From positions 9,021 through 73,020 of the forward strand of contig JBHLOC010000015.1 of the NCBI GenBank assembly GCA_048940925.1: a stretch of 64,000 nucleotides of DNA, given 5' to 3'. The notes under the pieces were generated by a model. The model was not told where the DNA came from and made no database searches. It worked only from the letters and a program-made list of their open reading frames with translations. Below, piece after piece: positions 28,070-37,443 of this stretch (positions are counted from its first letter, which is position 1; every line of letters begins with the position of its first letter). Position numbers and translations under genes: made by a program. This stretch comes from Promethearchaeota archaeon (GTDB lineage Archaea > Asgardarchaeota > Lokiarchaeia > Sigyniarchaeales > SOKP01).

Positions 28070-29452
28070 TTATTTAGTCATTCGCTCCTTATTCTCCCAA
28101 TCAAAATCTAATGTGACATATTTCTTCGTATAAAAGTAAGAGACAAGTAGAATAACAGATACTATTGGTCCAAAAATAATTAATCCTAATGTATAGGAAA
28201 AATCTCCTGTAGGAGAAATATCTGGTAAGGAAAAAATTGTCCCAATGAAAAAAGCTCCTGCAGCCTGGAAAATGTTAAGGATTATGGAAGGAAATCCCGT
28301 ATATATTCCTGCTTTCAATTCTCCAGTAATTTTTTCATCATCTTCGGCTATATCGGCATAAACTATATATGGAAACAAAAACCAACCACCTAAACTCGTC
28401 GCGACTACAATTATAAAAATTATACCAATTATTAAATAAGAATCTAAAGGGATTAATCCAAGTAAAGTGATTGGAAGGGAAAAAACTGCTAAAAGAAAAA
28501 CATATAATAAGGTCTTTTTTTTACCTATTTTCTCTATTGCTCTTCTCCATAGATATAAAAATGCAAAAATCGTGACCAATAAAAATACTGCTGCAATCGC
28601 ATAATCCAAAAATCCTAGATTTAATGCATCAACAAGATATTTCAGCATCCCTGTAGATAGCATAGACCACCCTAATCCAGCGATACCAACCATTAAAATA
28701 ATAAGCATGAAATTTTTATTTTTTACAATAATCTTCAAACTTTTTATTAAATGTGTGTCAATAATATAGTGTGGTTCTGTTGGGATTTTAAACGCAAGAT
28801 AATAAAATAATATAATTATTAAAGCTCCGAAGATAATTATTGGTATTAAAAAATCAAGAGGAACATCAATATTCACCCCACCTTCTTCTATAGCATCTAT
28901 ATAGCTAGTTAAAATAATCAATGAAAAAACCGCCATGATACCATTTCCGATCCAATTATAATAATTCTGATATTGAGATACTTTTGGCCGTTCATCTACA
29001 GGAAATACTTCCGCCATCCATGCTTGGTATGGTGTAGTTACAGCATAGCTCATCCGAAATAAAATCTCCCATATTAACATCCAGAGGAATAATGTCTTTT
29101 TATCTTCCAGATTGATAACTAACGCAGGTACTAGTAAGAAAATAATAGATATTGCTAATATTGGAGCAAAAATAATCATATATGGTTTTCTTCTTCCCCA
29201 TCGTGTATATTTTGCATCACTTAGCCAACCAAGTAAAAATTGGGAGAGCGCGATGGTTAAATACCCCATTGATATAGCAAATCCTGCGAGAAAAGGATGT
29301 AACCCATATCCACTTGTATACAATGTTAGTAATGCCCATCCCTCAATACCAAGTACTATTGAAGTGCTCAACCGAGGGGAGCCAAATAACATTTTTTTGA
29401 AATTGCTTGTGGGTGTTCGTTTGATTTCTGCTGTTTCATTCATAATATTCAC
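28070..29452 (-). CDS. MFS/GPH-family sugar:cation symporter-like transporter
   Basis: 12-TM pattern with GWLSD...RWGRRKPY, PYQAWMAE and ADIAEDDE...G.Y.G. Confidence 0.87.
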   Translation of the reverse strand: MNIMNETAEIKRTPTSNFKKMLFGSPRLSTSIVLGIEGWALLTLYTSGYGLHPFLAGFAISMGYLTIALSQFLLGWLSDAKYTRWGRRKPYMIIFAPILAISIIFLLVPALVINLEDKKTLFLWMLIWEILFRMSYAVTTPYQAWMAEVFPVDERPKVSQYQNYYNWIGNGIMAVFSLIILTSYIDAIEEGGVNIDVPLDFLIPIIIFGALIIILFYYLAFKIPTEPHYIIDTHLIKSLKIIVKNKNFMLIILMVGIAGLGWSMLSTGMLKYLVDALNLGFLDYAIAAVFLLVTIFAFLYLWRRAIEKIGKKKTLLYVFLLAVFSLPITLLGLIPLDSYLIIGIIFIIVVATSLGGWFLFPYIVYADIAEDDEKITGELKAGIYTGFPSIILNIFQAAGAFFIGTIFSLPDISPTGDFSYTLGLIIFGPIVSVILLVSYFYTKKYVTLDFDWENKERMTK

Positions 29453-29603
29453 AAAATGGTGTTAGATTTTTTTTTAATTTTTGAGAATTAAATTATGGTT
29501 AAATATAGATCAGAGAATAATATATTTAAAAATTTTTTCAAATTGATGAAGTATGAATATAATTCGCTTACTTAAAGAAGGGAAAGGCAAATAAAATTAG
29601 GTA

Positions 29604-30599
29604 TTAATCTTCTTCTTCATCCCAGCCCAGATCTTTTAACACAGAACCTAACGCTTCAGATTCTTCTTCTAAAACAAATTCAGTATCATATTCAGATGCT
29701 GAAAATTCAGCATCAAAATCTGGTAAGGGTAACTCGTCTAAAGAAGGTAGGGGTGTTCCTGAGGGAGTAGGTTCTTCAATTGTGGGACGAAATTCTTCAG
29801 TAACGGTAGGTTGTTCAGAAACTGGTTTTTCTTCAATTTCCATTGGTGTATAATCATCAAGGGGAATTGGGGGCACTTCATCCCCATATACTTTAAAGGC
29901 GACTTGAGTTTCTTTAATTGAGCTTTCAGAAACATATGGTGTTTCAGGTATCACTGTAGCCTTTATTTCTTTATCTAACCCTAGCCCTATAGATTTAGGA
30001 ATTGAAACAATACCACTTTCATTTGTAGCTTCAAGATCTTCGAAATCAACTCCCTCTTTCTCCCAATCATCTAAAAAACCTAACAAATCATCTAAGGCTG
30101 CCTTATCTTGTTCAACTGATGGTTTTACTATAACTTTGGTTTCCTCCAATTCTTTTTGCTCTTGAATTTTCTCTAAATCTTCTGTTTCTAATGAGAGCAT
30201 CATTTCTGTTTCTTTATCTCCAGAAATTAAACGATTTAATTTTCTTACTAATTCTCTCAAATATCCTAGATAATAACCAATCCTATAAATAGCTCTTAAT
30301 CCGCCAAAAACTATATATTCATCGTTTATCGCCATTAATATACTATATCCTGAAGTATTGTGTAAAATAATTTCTGTGAGCGCTCCATGGTCAGTAGCTT
30401 GGTTTAATCGTAACCCTAGGTCAATTAATGCAGTACTAGAAGCAGAATTCGCATCAGCATCTTCTTCAGAAGAGATAGAACTAGCTATTTTAGTTCCTAT
30501 TCTTGATAAAACAGCTAAATTTTCCAGATCTGTTTTATCTTCTTCTTCTTTTAAGGCATACATCATTTTCTGTCGTATATCACTTGGAATTGACGACAT
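29604..30599 (-). CDS. Roadblock/LC7-domain protein with long acidic Pro-rich tail
   Basis: N-terminal about 125 aa with LAVLSRIGTKIAS, EIILHNTSGYSILMAINDEYIV and a closing helix (Roadblock fold pattern). The rest is E/D/P-rich low complexity. Confidence 0.75.
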   Translation of the reverse strand: MSSIPSDIRQKMMYALKEEEDKTDLENLAVLSRIGTKIASSISSEEDADANSASSTALIDLGLRLNQATDHGALTEIILHNTSGYSILMAINDEYIVFGGLRAIYRIGYYLGYLRELVRKLNRLISGDKETEMMLSLETEDLEKIQEQKELEETKVIVKPSVEQDKAALDDLLGFLDDWEKEGVDFEDLEATNESGIVSIPKSIGLGLDKEIKATVIPETPYVSESSIKETQVAFKVYGDEVPPIPLDDYTPMEIEEKPVSEQPTVTEEFRPTIEEPTPSGTPLPSLDELPLPDFDAEFSASEYDTEFVLEEESEALGSVLKDLGWDEEED

Positions 30600-30697
30600 T
30601 TTTGATACCTCTATATTGCATAATAAAATTGAACAAGATCATTCGTAAAGATTTATGTATTAATAGAATGTCTGTTTTAATATATTTTATTATTATT

Positions 30698-31414
30698 TCA
30701 TTTTAGGAACTTTATCAAGTTCATTTGAGTAGTTGAAGGCTGTTTTATTTTTTCAAAAGTGTATCCCGATAAATCGGTAAGAATTTTCTTAACTTTATTA
30801 ACTATATCATCTGGAGTTAAATCATTAGTGTTTATTGTAAACACATTTTTTCGAGTTGAAAAGAATTGTTCATAAAACGAGAGAATTTTTATTAAATAAT
30901 TTTTATCATCTTCATTCCATTCTCTTCTGATTTGCTCTAAAGATCCTCTTTGAATTATTCTTTTTAATATTGTATCGGGTTCAGCAGTTAAAAAAATTAT
31001 ATAATCTTCTTTCCAGATAATAGAGTTATAAGTATCTAAAATGAGATTAAAATCTTTCTCCTTTAAATACAAGCTTTTTGAATATATAAGTACACATATA
31101 GGTGTTCTGTCTAAGATAATGATTCTTCCATTATATCTATTATCGAAGTTCACTATATTTTGATTTCTCTTAATAAATTGTTGAAGAAAATGAAGCTCAC
31201 TTCTAAAACCAATCTGTTTATTAGGTGAACCAAAAGGAAAAGGAGGTTTTTTTACATATCTTTCAGGAAAGAATTTAAATTTATTATTATCTTTTATCAT
31301 CTTGGAATTTCTGAGAAGATTGAATATTGTTGTTTTTCCTACTCCATGCGCACCAGCGAGGGAAACTACAAGATTGTCTTTACTTCCCCTGTTTCTATAA
31401 AACGTTTTGCTCAA
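30698..31414 (-). CDS. Deoxynucleoside/thymidylate kinase-like P-loop protein
   Basis: GAHGVGKTT P-loop, ILDRT and KRIIQRG lid. Confidence 0.78.
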   Translation of the reverse strand: MSKTFYRNRGSKDNLVVSLAGAHGVGKTTIFNLLRNSKMIKDNNKFKFFPERYVKKPPFPFGSPNKQIGFRSELHFLQQFIKRNQNIVNFDNRYNGRIIILDRTPICVLIYSKSLYLKEKDFNLILDTYNSIIWKEDYIIFLTAEPDTILKRIIQRGSLEQIRREWNEDDKNYLIKILSFYEQFFSTRKNVFTINTNDLTPDDIVNKVKKILTDLSGYTFEKIKQPSTTQMNLIKFLK

Positions 31415-31544
31415 TCCTATATACTCCTAATCGATGAAACAATATCGTGTAAAACAATCATTAGTATTTAATAATAATTCTAGAGAGATAATTGGTTTTC
31501 TTATTATTAAAATTTTATAGTTAAGGGTTAATCAAAAGCTAAAA

Positions 31545-32618
31545 TCATAGATAAATAACTATTATCAAAATAATATTATATGCAATATTTGCTATGATAG
31601 TGCTAAAAATATTTCTATTCGTTAACTCATAGATTATACCTAATACTATAAATGCAAAGAAGTTTAACAGGAAAAAACTCGGATAATAGAATAATAACAT
31701 TAATGCAGAATACGCTAATGCTACTATAAGAATCACATATATGTCTTTATTAAACTTTTGTTTCAGTGTATTATGTAATACCCCTCTAAATACAATTTCA
31801 GTAGATGCTGCCCCAATACAGAGCAGAACTACCAGAAGTAATACCCATAAAAAGTTAGCTCCTCTAATAACTTGATTCTGTTCAGTTAGATTTGCTTCAA
31901 TGTTAAAAAAATCTAATCCTATGTCAGAAAAGAAGTTAATTATAGAATTAGAAAAAAGGTCAACTAATACTAAGAGAGCTGCTCCTAATATACCAAATAT
32001 AACAGCAAAAATAATTTTTTTTGAGGCAAATACAAATCCTATTTTTTTAAAACTGTGTTTTTTAGAATATATATACCAGATTGGATAGATAGCAAATAAT
32101 AATTCTGGAAGTTGACTTAATAGGAACATCTGAATTGTTAGTTGTACTGAAGTTGAACCAGTTTGAAACGTCAAAATTGTAAAAAGTAAGAAAAAAACAA
32201 TCAAATATACATAAATACATGTTCCAAAAACATTTAGACCTTCTTTCAGATTCCATGTGTCTTTTTTTAATATAAATTTACTTTCTAGTTCAAGTTTTTT
32301 ATTGGTAAATATTAAACCTGGCTTTTTTTGAATTGATATTTTTCTATCTTCAGGTATCTTTTCTAAAACGGTATTACATATTGGACATTGGTTTAAAATC
32401 GTAGATGTAATAATTGACCCGCAACCAGGACATTTTCGAGAGATTGTTAGTTTTTCTGGTAGGACTACTTCCGGTTTCGCCGGTAATGGAATTGATTCTT
32501 CGCTTGGCTGCAATTTAATTATTAATTTACCGCAATTAGGGCAATATATTTCATTTTTAGGAACTCTCGATCCACAGTATACACAATACTTAATTTTTCC
32601 TTCGTTTTCTTTAGACAT
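31545..32618 (-). CDS. Double zinc ribbon + CPBP-family membrane protease-like protein
   Basis: Four CxxC pairs at the N-terminus, then a multi-TM region with TEIVFRG. The His motifs are degenerate. Confidence 0.78.
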   Translation of the reverse strand: MSKENEGKIKYCVYCGSRVPKNEIYCPNCGKLIIKLQPSEESIPLPAKPEVVLPEKLTISRKCPGCGSIITSTILNQCPICNTVLEKIPEDRKISIQKKPGLIFTNKKLELESKFILKKDTWNLKEGLNVFGTCIYVYLIVFFLLFTILTFQTGSTSVQLTIQMFLLSQLPELLFAIYPIWYIYSKKHSFKKIGFVFASKKIIFAVIFGILGAALLVLVDLFSNSIINFFSDIGLDFFNIEANLTEQNQVIRGANFLWVLLLVVLLCIGAASTEIVFRGVLHNTLKQKFNKDIYVILIVALAYSALMLLFYYPSFFLLNFFAFIVLGIIYELTNRNIFSTIIANIAYNIILIIVIYL

Positions 32619-32772
32619 TTTTTAGAAAATTGTGTTAAAAATCTGATCTAAACTAGAAATTTGTAATATGCTTTTTAATTTTATAATTTTGATTAATATA
32701 TTATCAAGGGGTTAAATAATTTTTGTTTATATTTTTATCATTAATTAATAATCAAATTCAATTAGACTTTTA

Positions 32773-32925
32773 ATGAACAATAAGAAAAGAATAAGAAAGG
32801 TATTTCATTTCGAAAAACCTGATCATATCCCTTTATCATTCATGAATTTGAGCACTGATTTTTTCCCAATCACACAATTTCAACCACAATAATAGCAACC
32901 TTGATATTTTCCACCACTAATTTCA
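32773..32925 (+). pseudogene. Decayed N-terminal fragment of a uroporphyrinogen decarboxylase/MtaA-like protein
   Basis: ATG 32773 reads MNNKKRIRKVFHFEKPDHIP...QPQ**QP*YFPP, resembling the MxxxERxxxxxxxxxPDRVP start of that family. Three nearby stops. Confidence 0.45.
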
Positions 32926-33084
32926 GTGAATTCAACTAAAAGAATATTATTTATTTCCAGAAGAAGCTACTCTTAAATTTGGAAAATACAACAATAAGGG
33001 TTTAATTGAATGGTTAACTTAAAATAGGAAAATCTGATTTGGTTGGTTTATCTATGATTTTTTAATGAGTGAAATAACTATAAA

Positions 33085-34356
33085 TCAAATCTTTTTATTC
33101 AAATTAAATTCTCTTAATTTTTTCTTTGTGATATTATATAATTCCATAAGTAAAAGTCCGTGATAATAAGAAATTGAATCAAAATATCCTTCTCCTAAAT
33201 CTGATTTACCAGCATGGACTAATGTCATTTGAGCATTAAGTGCAGCTCTCATTAATAATTCTATTCCCTTATAAATGAGGTTTGGACTCCATATACCACT
33301 TCGGGGATTTGACCACCACACTGGGCAAGAATAAATACCTCGATCATAAAAATATCTAGCTGTCATATAATAGTTTTCTACTTCCCAATCTAATGTTGGA
33401 TCGATATTATCTGCTAAATTCATTAAATTATTTAGACTTTTCATAAGCTTCCAATAATATTTATGAATATCATTATCTGGGTGTTTCCATAAGGGATAGG
33501 GAATCCCAGCTTGAATATCTTCATAAGTGGTACTCCAACTTGATTCCCGCGGTATAATTTTTTTTTTACTTATTGGAAAAAATTGATCTAATTCTGATAT
33601 AAATAGTTGTTCAATTTTTTCTTCATCATAAATGAGATCTAACACTTTCTTTAGAAATGTTCTTTCATAATTTTTAATATGATGACCGAAAGTTTCGGCA
33701 TCTAGAGCAGAAATGATGTAAGTGTTGTTCTTATTTTTTTCCTTATCATTTTTGTACATCTCTCTTAAAGCTTTTACGAATTCTTTTGGTTTTATACTCT
33801 TAAAAGCGATCTTATTACTGAGAATGTCATCTCGAAAAAATAACTGAAGTCCATTAGGAGAGGTATAAATTTTATCGTAAACCCATTCTTCGGGACACGC
33901 TATTCCACTCATTATCACCCACTTGTATCCTAACTTCTTAATATATTTAGCAACAGCCCCTGAAATTGCTAATTCTGGTGGAAAAAATCCTCTTCGTTCC
34001 CAACGACCAAATTCTCTTCTATTTATCTCTTCATTCATTTGAATTTGATGTTGAGCTTCTTTCTCTGGAATTAATGGAAGGATTGGATGATATTTTGCAG
34101 TTCCAACAATTTCAACTTTATTCTCAGAAACTAAGTTCTTCAACAAATCCATTGTATCTGATAATCCGAATTTATAAAATAATTCAATAAGAACACCATT
34201 GATATTTAAGCAAAATTTAGGATTCTCGTAATCCTCCATTAAGGAAAATAATGGTTTGTAACATTCCTTATCAATTTCTTTCAATATTTTAGGGTCTTGA
34301 GTCGGGGGTTGATAGGCATGTAATAAGGGAGCCCAATAAGTAACCAATTCATTCAC
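33085..34356 (-). CDS. Glycoside hydrolase family 57 protein
   Basis: HAYQP, YHPILPL, FFPPEL, DAETFGHH and SSWS motifs. Confidence 0.9.
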   Translation of the reverse strand: MNELVTYWAPLLHAYQPPTQDPKILKEIDKECYKPLFSLMEDYENPKFCLNINGVLIELFYKFGLSDTMDLLKNLVSENKVEIVGTAKYHPILPLIPEKEAQHQIQMNEEINRREFGRWERRGFFPPELAISGAVAKYIKKLGYKWVIMSGIACPEEWVYDKIYTSPNGLQLFFRDDILSNKIAFKSIKPKEFVKALREMYKNDKEKNKNNTYIISALDAETFGHHIKNYERTFLKKVLDLIYDEEKIEQLFISELDQFFPISKKKIIPRESSWSTTYEDIQAGIPYPLWKHPDNDIHKYYWKLMKSLNNLMNLADNIDPTLDWEVENYYMTARYFYDRGIYSCPVWWSNPRSGIWSPNLIYKGIELLMRAALNAQMTLVHAGKSDLGEGYFDSISYYHGLLLMELYNITKKKLREFNLNKKI

Positions 34357-34372
34357 TTTCGATTTTTGTTAT

Positions 34373-35488
34373 TTATTTTTCTATTATTGTTTCTTTTATT
34401 GCTGTACCAAAATGAGTTGCCCCTGGGCCGAGGTGTACTAAAACCTCATCTCCAATCTTAATATCGACAACAGACTTGGCTTTACCATCTACACCCACTA
34501 AACAGATAGTTTCTGCATTTTGACAAATACAACTTATTGGAATAATTTTATCTCCTTTTAAAGCTTCTAATTCAAATCTCAACATAGGTCGAGTTTCAAT
34601 TTTCACTCTTCCAATTGATACTATTCTAGATTCACCCTTGTTATTAACTGCTAAAACTTGATCTCCTCCTTTCAATTCACTAAGATACTTAGTACGGTAT
34701 AATTTTACAGGATCATTATCAGGTACCAATATATAAGCTGAAACGTCTCCTGCATTAACCCTAAATGGTCTGGATGATACGAATTGGGTTTCGAATGTTT
34801 CAGAATGAATTAAACAAAACCCTGTAGCCGTTGATCCTACTAATAATCCCTCTCCAATATGTAAAAGTGAAGCTGTGTCAACACAAACTCTTTCTGCTTC
34901 AGATATAGTCTGAATGTTAAGTACTTTTGCTTTTGTAAGTTCAATATGAAATGTAGCTTGGATTAGATTTTTTAACGATAAAATTTCATTCACATCTTTA
35001 GGTGCAAAAAGAATTCCATCTACTCCAGATTCTAGAATTTTCAACATTAATTCAGCTTCTTTAATACTATTTACTACAGCTATTAATTCAGTATCATTTT
35101 CATGCATTTCTGCTATTAAATTTTCAAAAGGGATTATTTTCCAATTATTCGCAGAGACAATAATAAAATCCACTTGTCTAGTTTTAGAAAGTTCAATAAT
35201 CTCTGTCTCATCGTCTTTTGAATCTAGTTTTTTATAATATCCGATAATATTTTCTGAATATTTTTTATTAGATAATAATTCTTTTAACTTATCTTTACTC
35301 TCAGTAATAAGATTATTAGCTGGAATATCCAAATATTTAGTAAAAAGATTAATACGCTCAATATGTTCAAACTCAGTATAAGTATCCATTGAAACTAGGA
35401 AATTTAGGATATCTTTATTGAATGCTTCTTGAACTAATTCTTTAAAATTCTTTAATTTCGCTTGAAAGTCTAATATTATTTTTTTCAT
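34373..35488 (-). CDS. 3-dehydroquinate synthase II (archaeal type)
   Basis: WKIIPFENLIA, RVCVDT, GEGLLVGS, RPFRVNAG, QNAETI and HFG...E.I.EK. Confidence 0.93.
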   Translation of the reverse strand: MKKIILDFQAKLKNFKELVQEAFNKDILNFLVSMDTYTEFEHIERINLFTKYLDIPANNLITESKDKLKELLSNKKYSENIIGYYKKLDSKDDETEIIELSKTRQVDFIIVSANNWKIIPFENLIAEMHENDTELIAVVNSIKEAELMLKILESGVDGILFAPKDVNEILSLKNLIQATFHIELTKAKVLNIQTISEAERVCVDTASLLHIGEGLLVGSTATGFCLIHSETFETQFVSSRPFRVNAGDVSAYILVPDNDPVKLYRTKYLSELKGGDQVLAVNNKGESRIVSIGRVKIETRPMLRFELEALKGDKIIPISCICQNAETICLVGVDGKAKSVVDIKIGDEVLVHLGPGATHFGTAIKETIIEK

Positions 35489-35641
35489 AATAATTCAAAG
35501 TTTGGTCTATGAAAACTTTTTTGATGAGATTTATTTTATTATATTATGTCAAATAATATTAAATTTTTAAGTTAGAAAAATCATATAATTCATAAATCAG
35601 ATATTAATTAAATTAATATTGGAGTTGAAACGCTTATCGGG

Positions 35642-36283
35642 TTGAAGAAAAAGCTTTTTCCAAGAAAAGGTAAAGAAAAAGATGATCTTGTAGCGCGAGC
35701 TAAAAGTCATATTCACAGATTAAATGTAATTAATAGAAACTATAGTAAACGTGCCGAAATAAGTCGTAAAAATGCAAAAATTGCTTTAAAACGGGGTGAA
35801 AAAGATCGAGCTAAGAATTATCTTATTCAATATAAGTCATACAACGCTAAAATAGATCGATCTAATAATATAAGGGCAAAAATAGAACGTCAGATTCAAG
35901 CAATTGAAGAAGGACAGTTAATTAGTTCTACAGGAGATATTTTCAGTGGGATACGAGATGAATTAGAATACATCGCAACTAAAGCATCTCCCGCAAGAGT
36001 AGCTGAAATTGCAGAAGATTCTGAAGCATATGTTGCTGAAATTGAAGAGGCTGCAGATATTTTAGCAGGAGATCCCGAAATTGATCTTGCAATTGATGTT
36101 ACAGATGAATTAAATCAATTAGAAACAGAAATGCTTCTTGATCAAGGAGGTGCAATGCCTGAGGTTCCTTCAGATGATTTGCAATACATACCTGAATATG
36201 AAATTGAAGAGGAACCTGAAGTTAAATCAAAAGAAAAAATACAGGATGAAATCGAAAAACTTCGCAAAGAACTCGAAGGGTAA
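35642..36283 (+). CDS. ESCRT-III Snf7-family protein (Vps20/32/60-like)
   Basis: Basic N-terminal helical hairpin (AKIALKRGEKDRAKNYL), acidic C-terminal half with DELNQLE and MPEVPS, and a terminal IEKLRKELEG helix. Confidence 0.85.
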   Translation: MKKKLFPRKGKEKDDLVARAKSHIHRLNVINRNYSKRAEISRKNAKIALKRGEKDRAKNYLIQYKSYNAKIDRSNNIRAKIERQIQAIEEGQLISSTGDIFSGIRDELEYIATKASPARVAEIAEDSEAYVAEIEEAADILAGDPEIDLAIDVTDELNQLETEMLLDQGGAMPEVPSDDLQYIPEYEIEEEPEVKSKEKIQDEIEKLRKELEG

Positions 36284-36346
36284 GCCTTTCCAGTTAATTA
36301 ATTTTTCTTTTAAGTTTAAATAATTTTAAGCTATTTATTTTAATTA

Positions 36347-37360
36347 TTATTTTAATTCATTTAGAGCTTGAACCATATTTTTTACTTTTTTAATAGCTAT
36401 CTTATAACTAATTTTCTCACCAAAAGAATCTTTTAAGGCTAGGAAACCACAATCGGGTTTGATAAACAAATTTTCCTTTCCATATTGTTCTATTGCTTTT
36501 GTTATATATTTTTTAAGAAAATCAACTTTTTCGATATATTCATTAATTTTCCTTCCATTTACACGCGCAAATTTAGACTTTACAGTTCCAAGAGCTAAAA
36601 TTTTGTTATTATCCTCAAGATGTTTTTTAGAAAAAATATTAAAATTATCTTTATTTGTTGCAAATTCATGATCCATTATTTTTACATTTGTTTGTAGAAG
36701 TATATCACGACATTTAGGGCTTATCCTCCCACACACATGAATAGAGGAAATTGATTTTATTTCAGATAAAGATTTATTTAGAATTTCTAAAATAAAATCT
36801 TCAGTGTGAAAAAGCACTTTTCTTCCTATAAACACTCCCAAAAGAGGTTCATCCATAGAAATTATGTCTATACCCATATTATAATATGCTTTTCCTAACT
36901 TTTTCATAATTTCAGCTAATTTTTCTACAATCCAATCTATCATTACTGCTCTAGGTTCTGTAAAGATCCGAGGTTTGATACCCTTAGCAAGTTTACTTTT
37001 TAATATTATTTCAGATGCTAATGTAAATGGTCCTGTCAAACATGCTTTTGTTCCTCTGATCTGTTCTGAAAGCTGTGGTCTTTGTTTAAAGAAATTTTTG
37101 ATGAAATATCCGTATTCTAAAGCTATTGGATCTTTTGGAATTTTAAAATCATCTAAAAGATAAAATTTATCATCAATTTCTTCTAATTGAATAATTTCTT
37201 TTGCTAATGGGGATAAAAATTGAGAAATCATTGAAATTAATTGTGGATAACATGGATAATCAATTCCTATTTGTATTAATTCATTAAATATTTTTATCAT
37301 ATTTTCTTCATTATTAGTTAAAGGCCAACTTCCAACTACTGTAGTAAATGGATTATCCAT
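36347..37360 (-). CDS. Short (catalytic-domain-only) cobalamin-independent methionine synthase-family protein
   Basis: TTVVGSWP, KACLTGPFTL, MDEP and Zn ligands HVC...E...PDCG. The ATG at 37360 is preferred as start. Confidence 0.85.
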   Translation of the reverse strand: MDNPFTTVVGSWPLTNNEENMIKIFNELIQIGIDYPCYPQLISMISQFLSPLAKEIIQLEEIDDKFYLLDDFKIPKDPIALEYGYFIKNFFKQRPQLSEQIRGTKACLTGPFTLASEIILKSKLAKGIKPRIFTEPRAVMIDWIVEKLAEIMKKLGKAYYNMGIDIISMDEPLLGVFIGRKVLFHTEDFILEILNKSLSEIKSISSIHVCGRISPKCRDILLQTNVKIMDHEFATNKDNFNIFSKKHLEDNNKILALGTVKSKFARVNGRKINEYIEKVDFLKKYITKAIEQYGKENLFIKPDCGFLALKDSFGEKISYKIAIKKVKNMVQALNELK

Positions 37361-37443
37361 AAGTATTATATAAATATAATAGAATATAAAAATAGATAAC
37401 ATAAAATATGCTGACTCAGCATAAAATATACTAGGATATAAAT

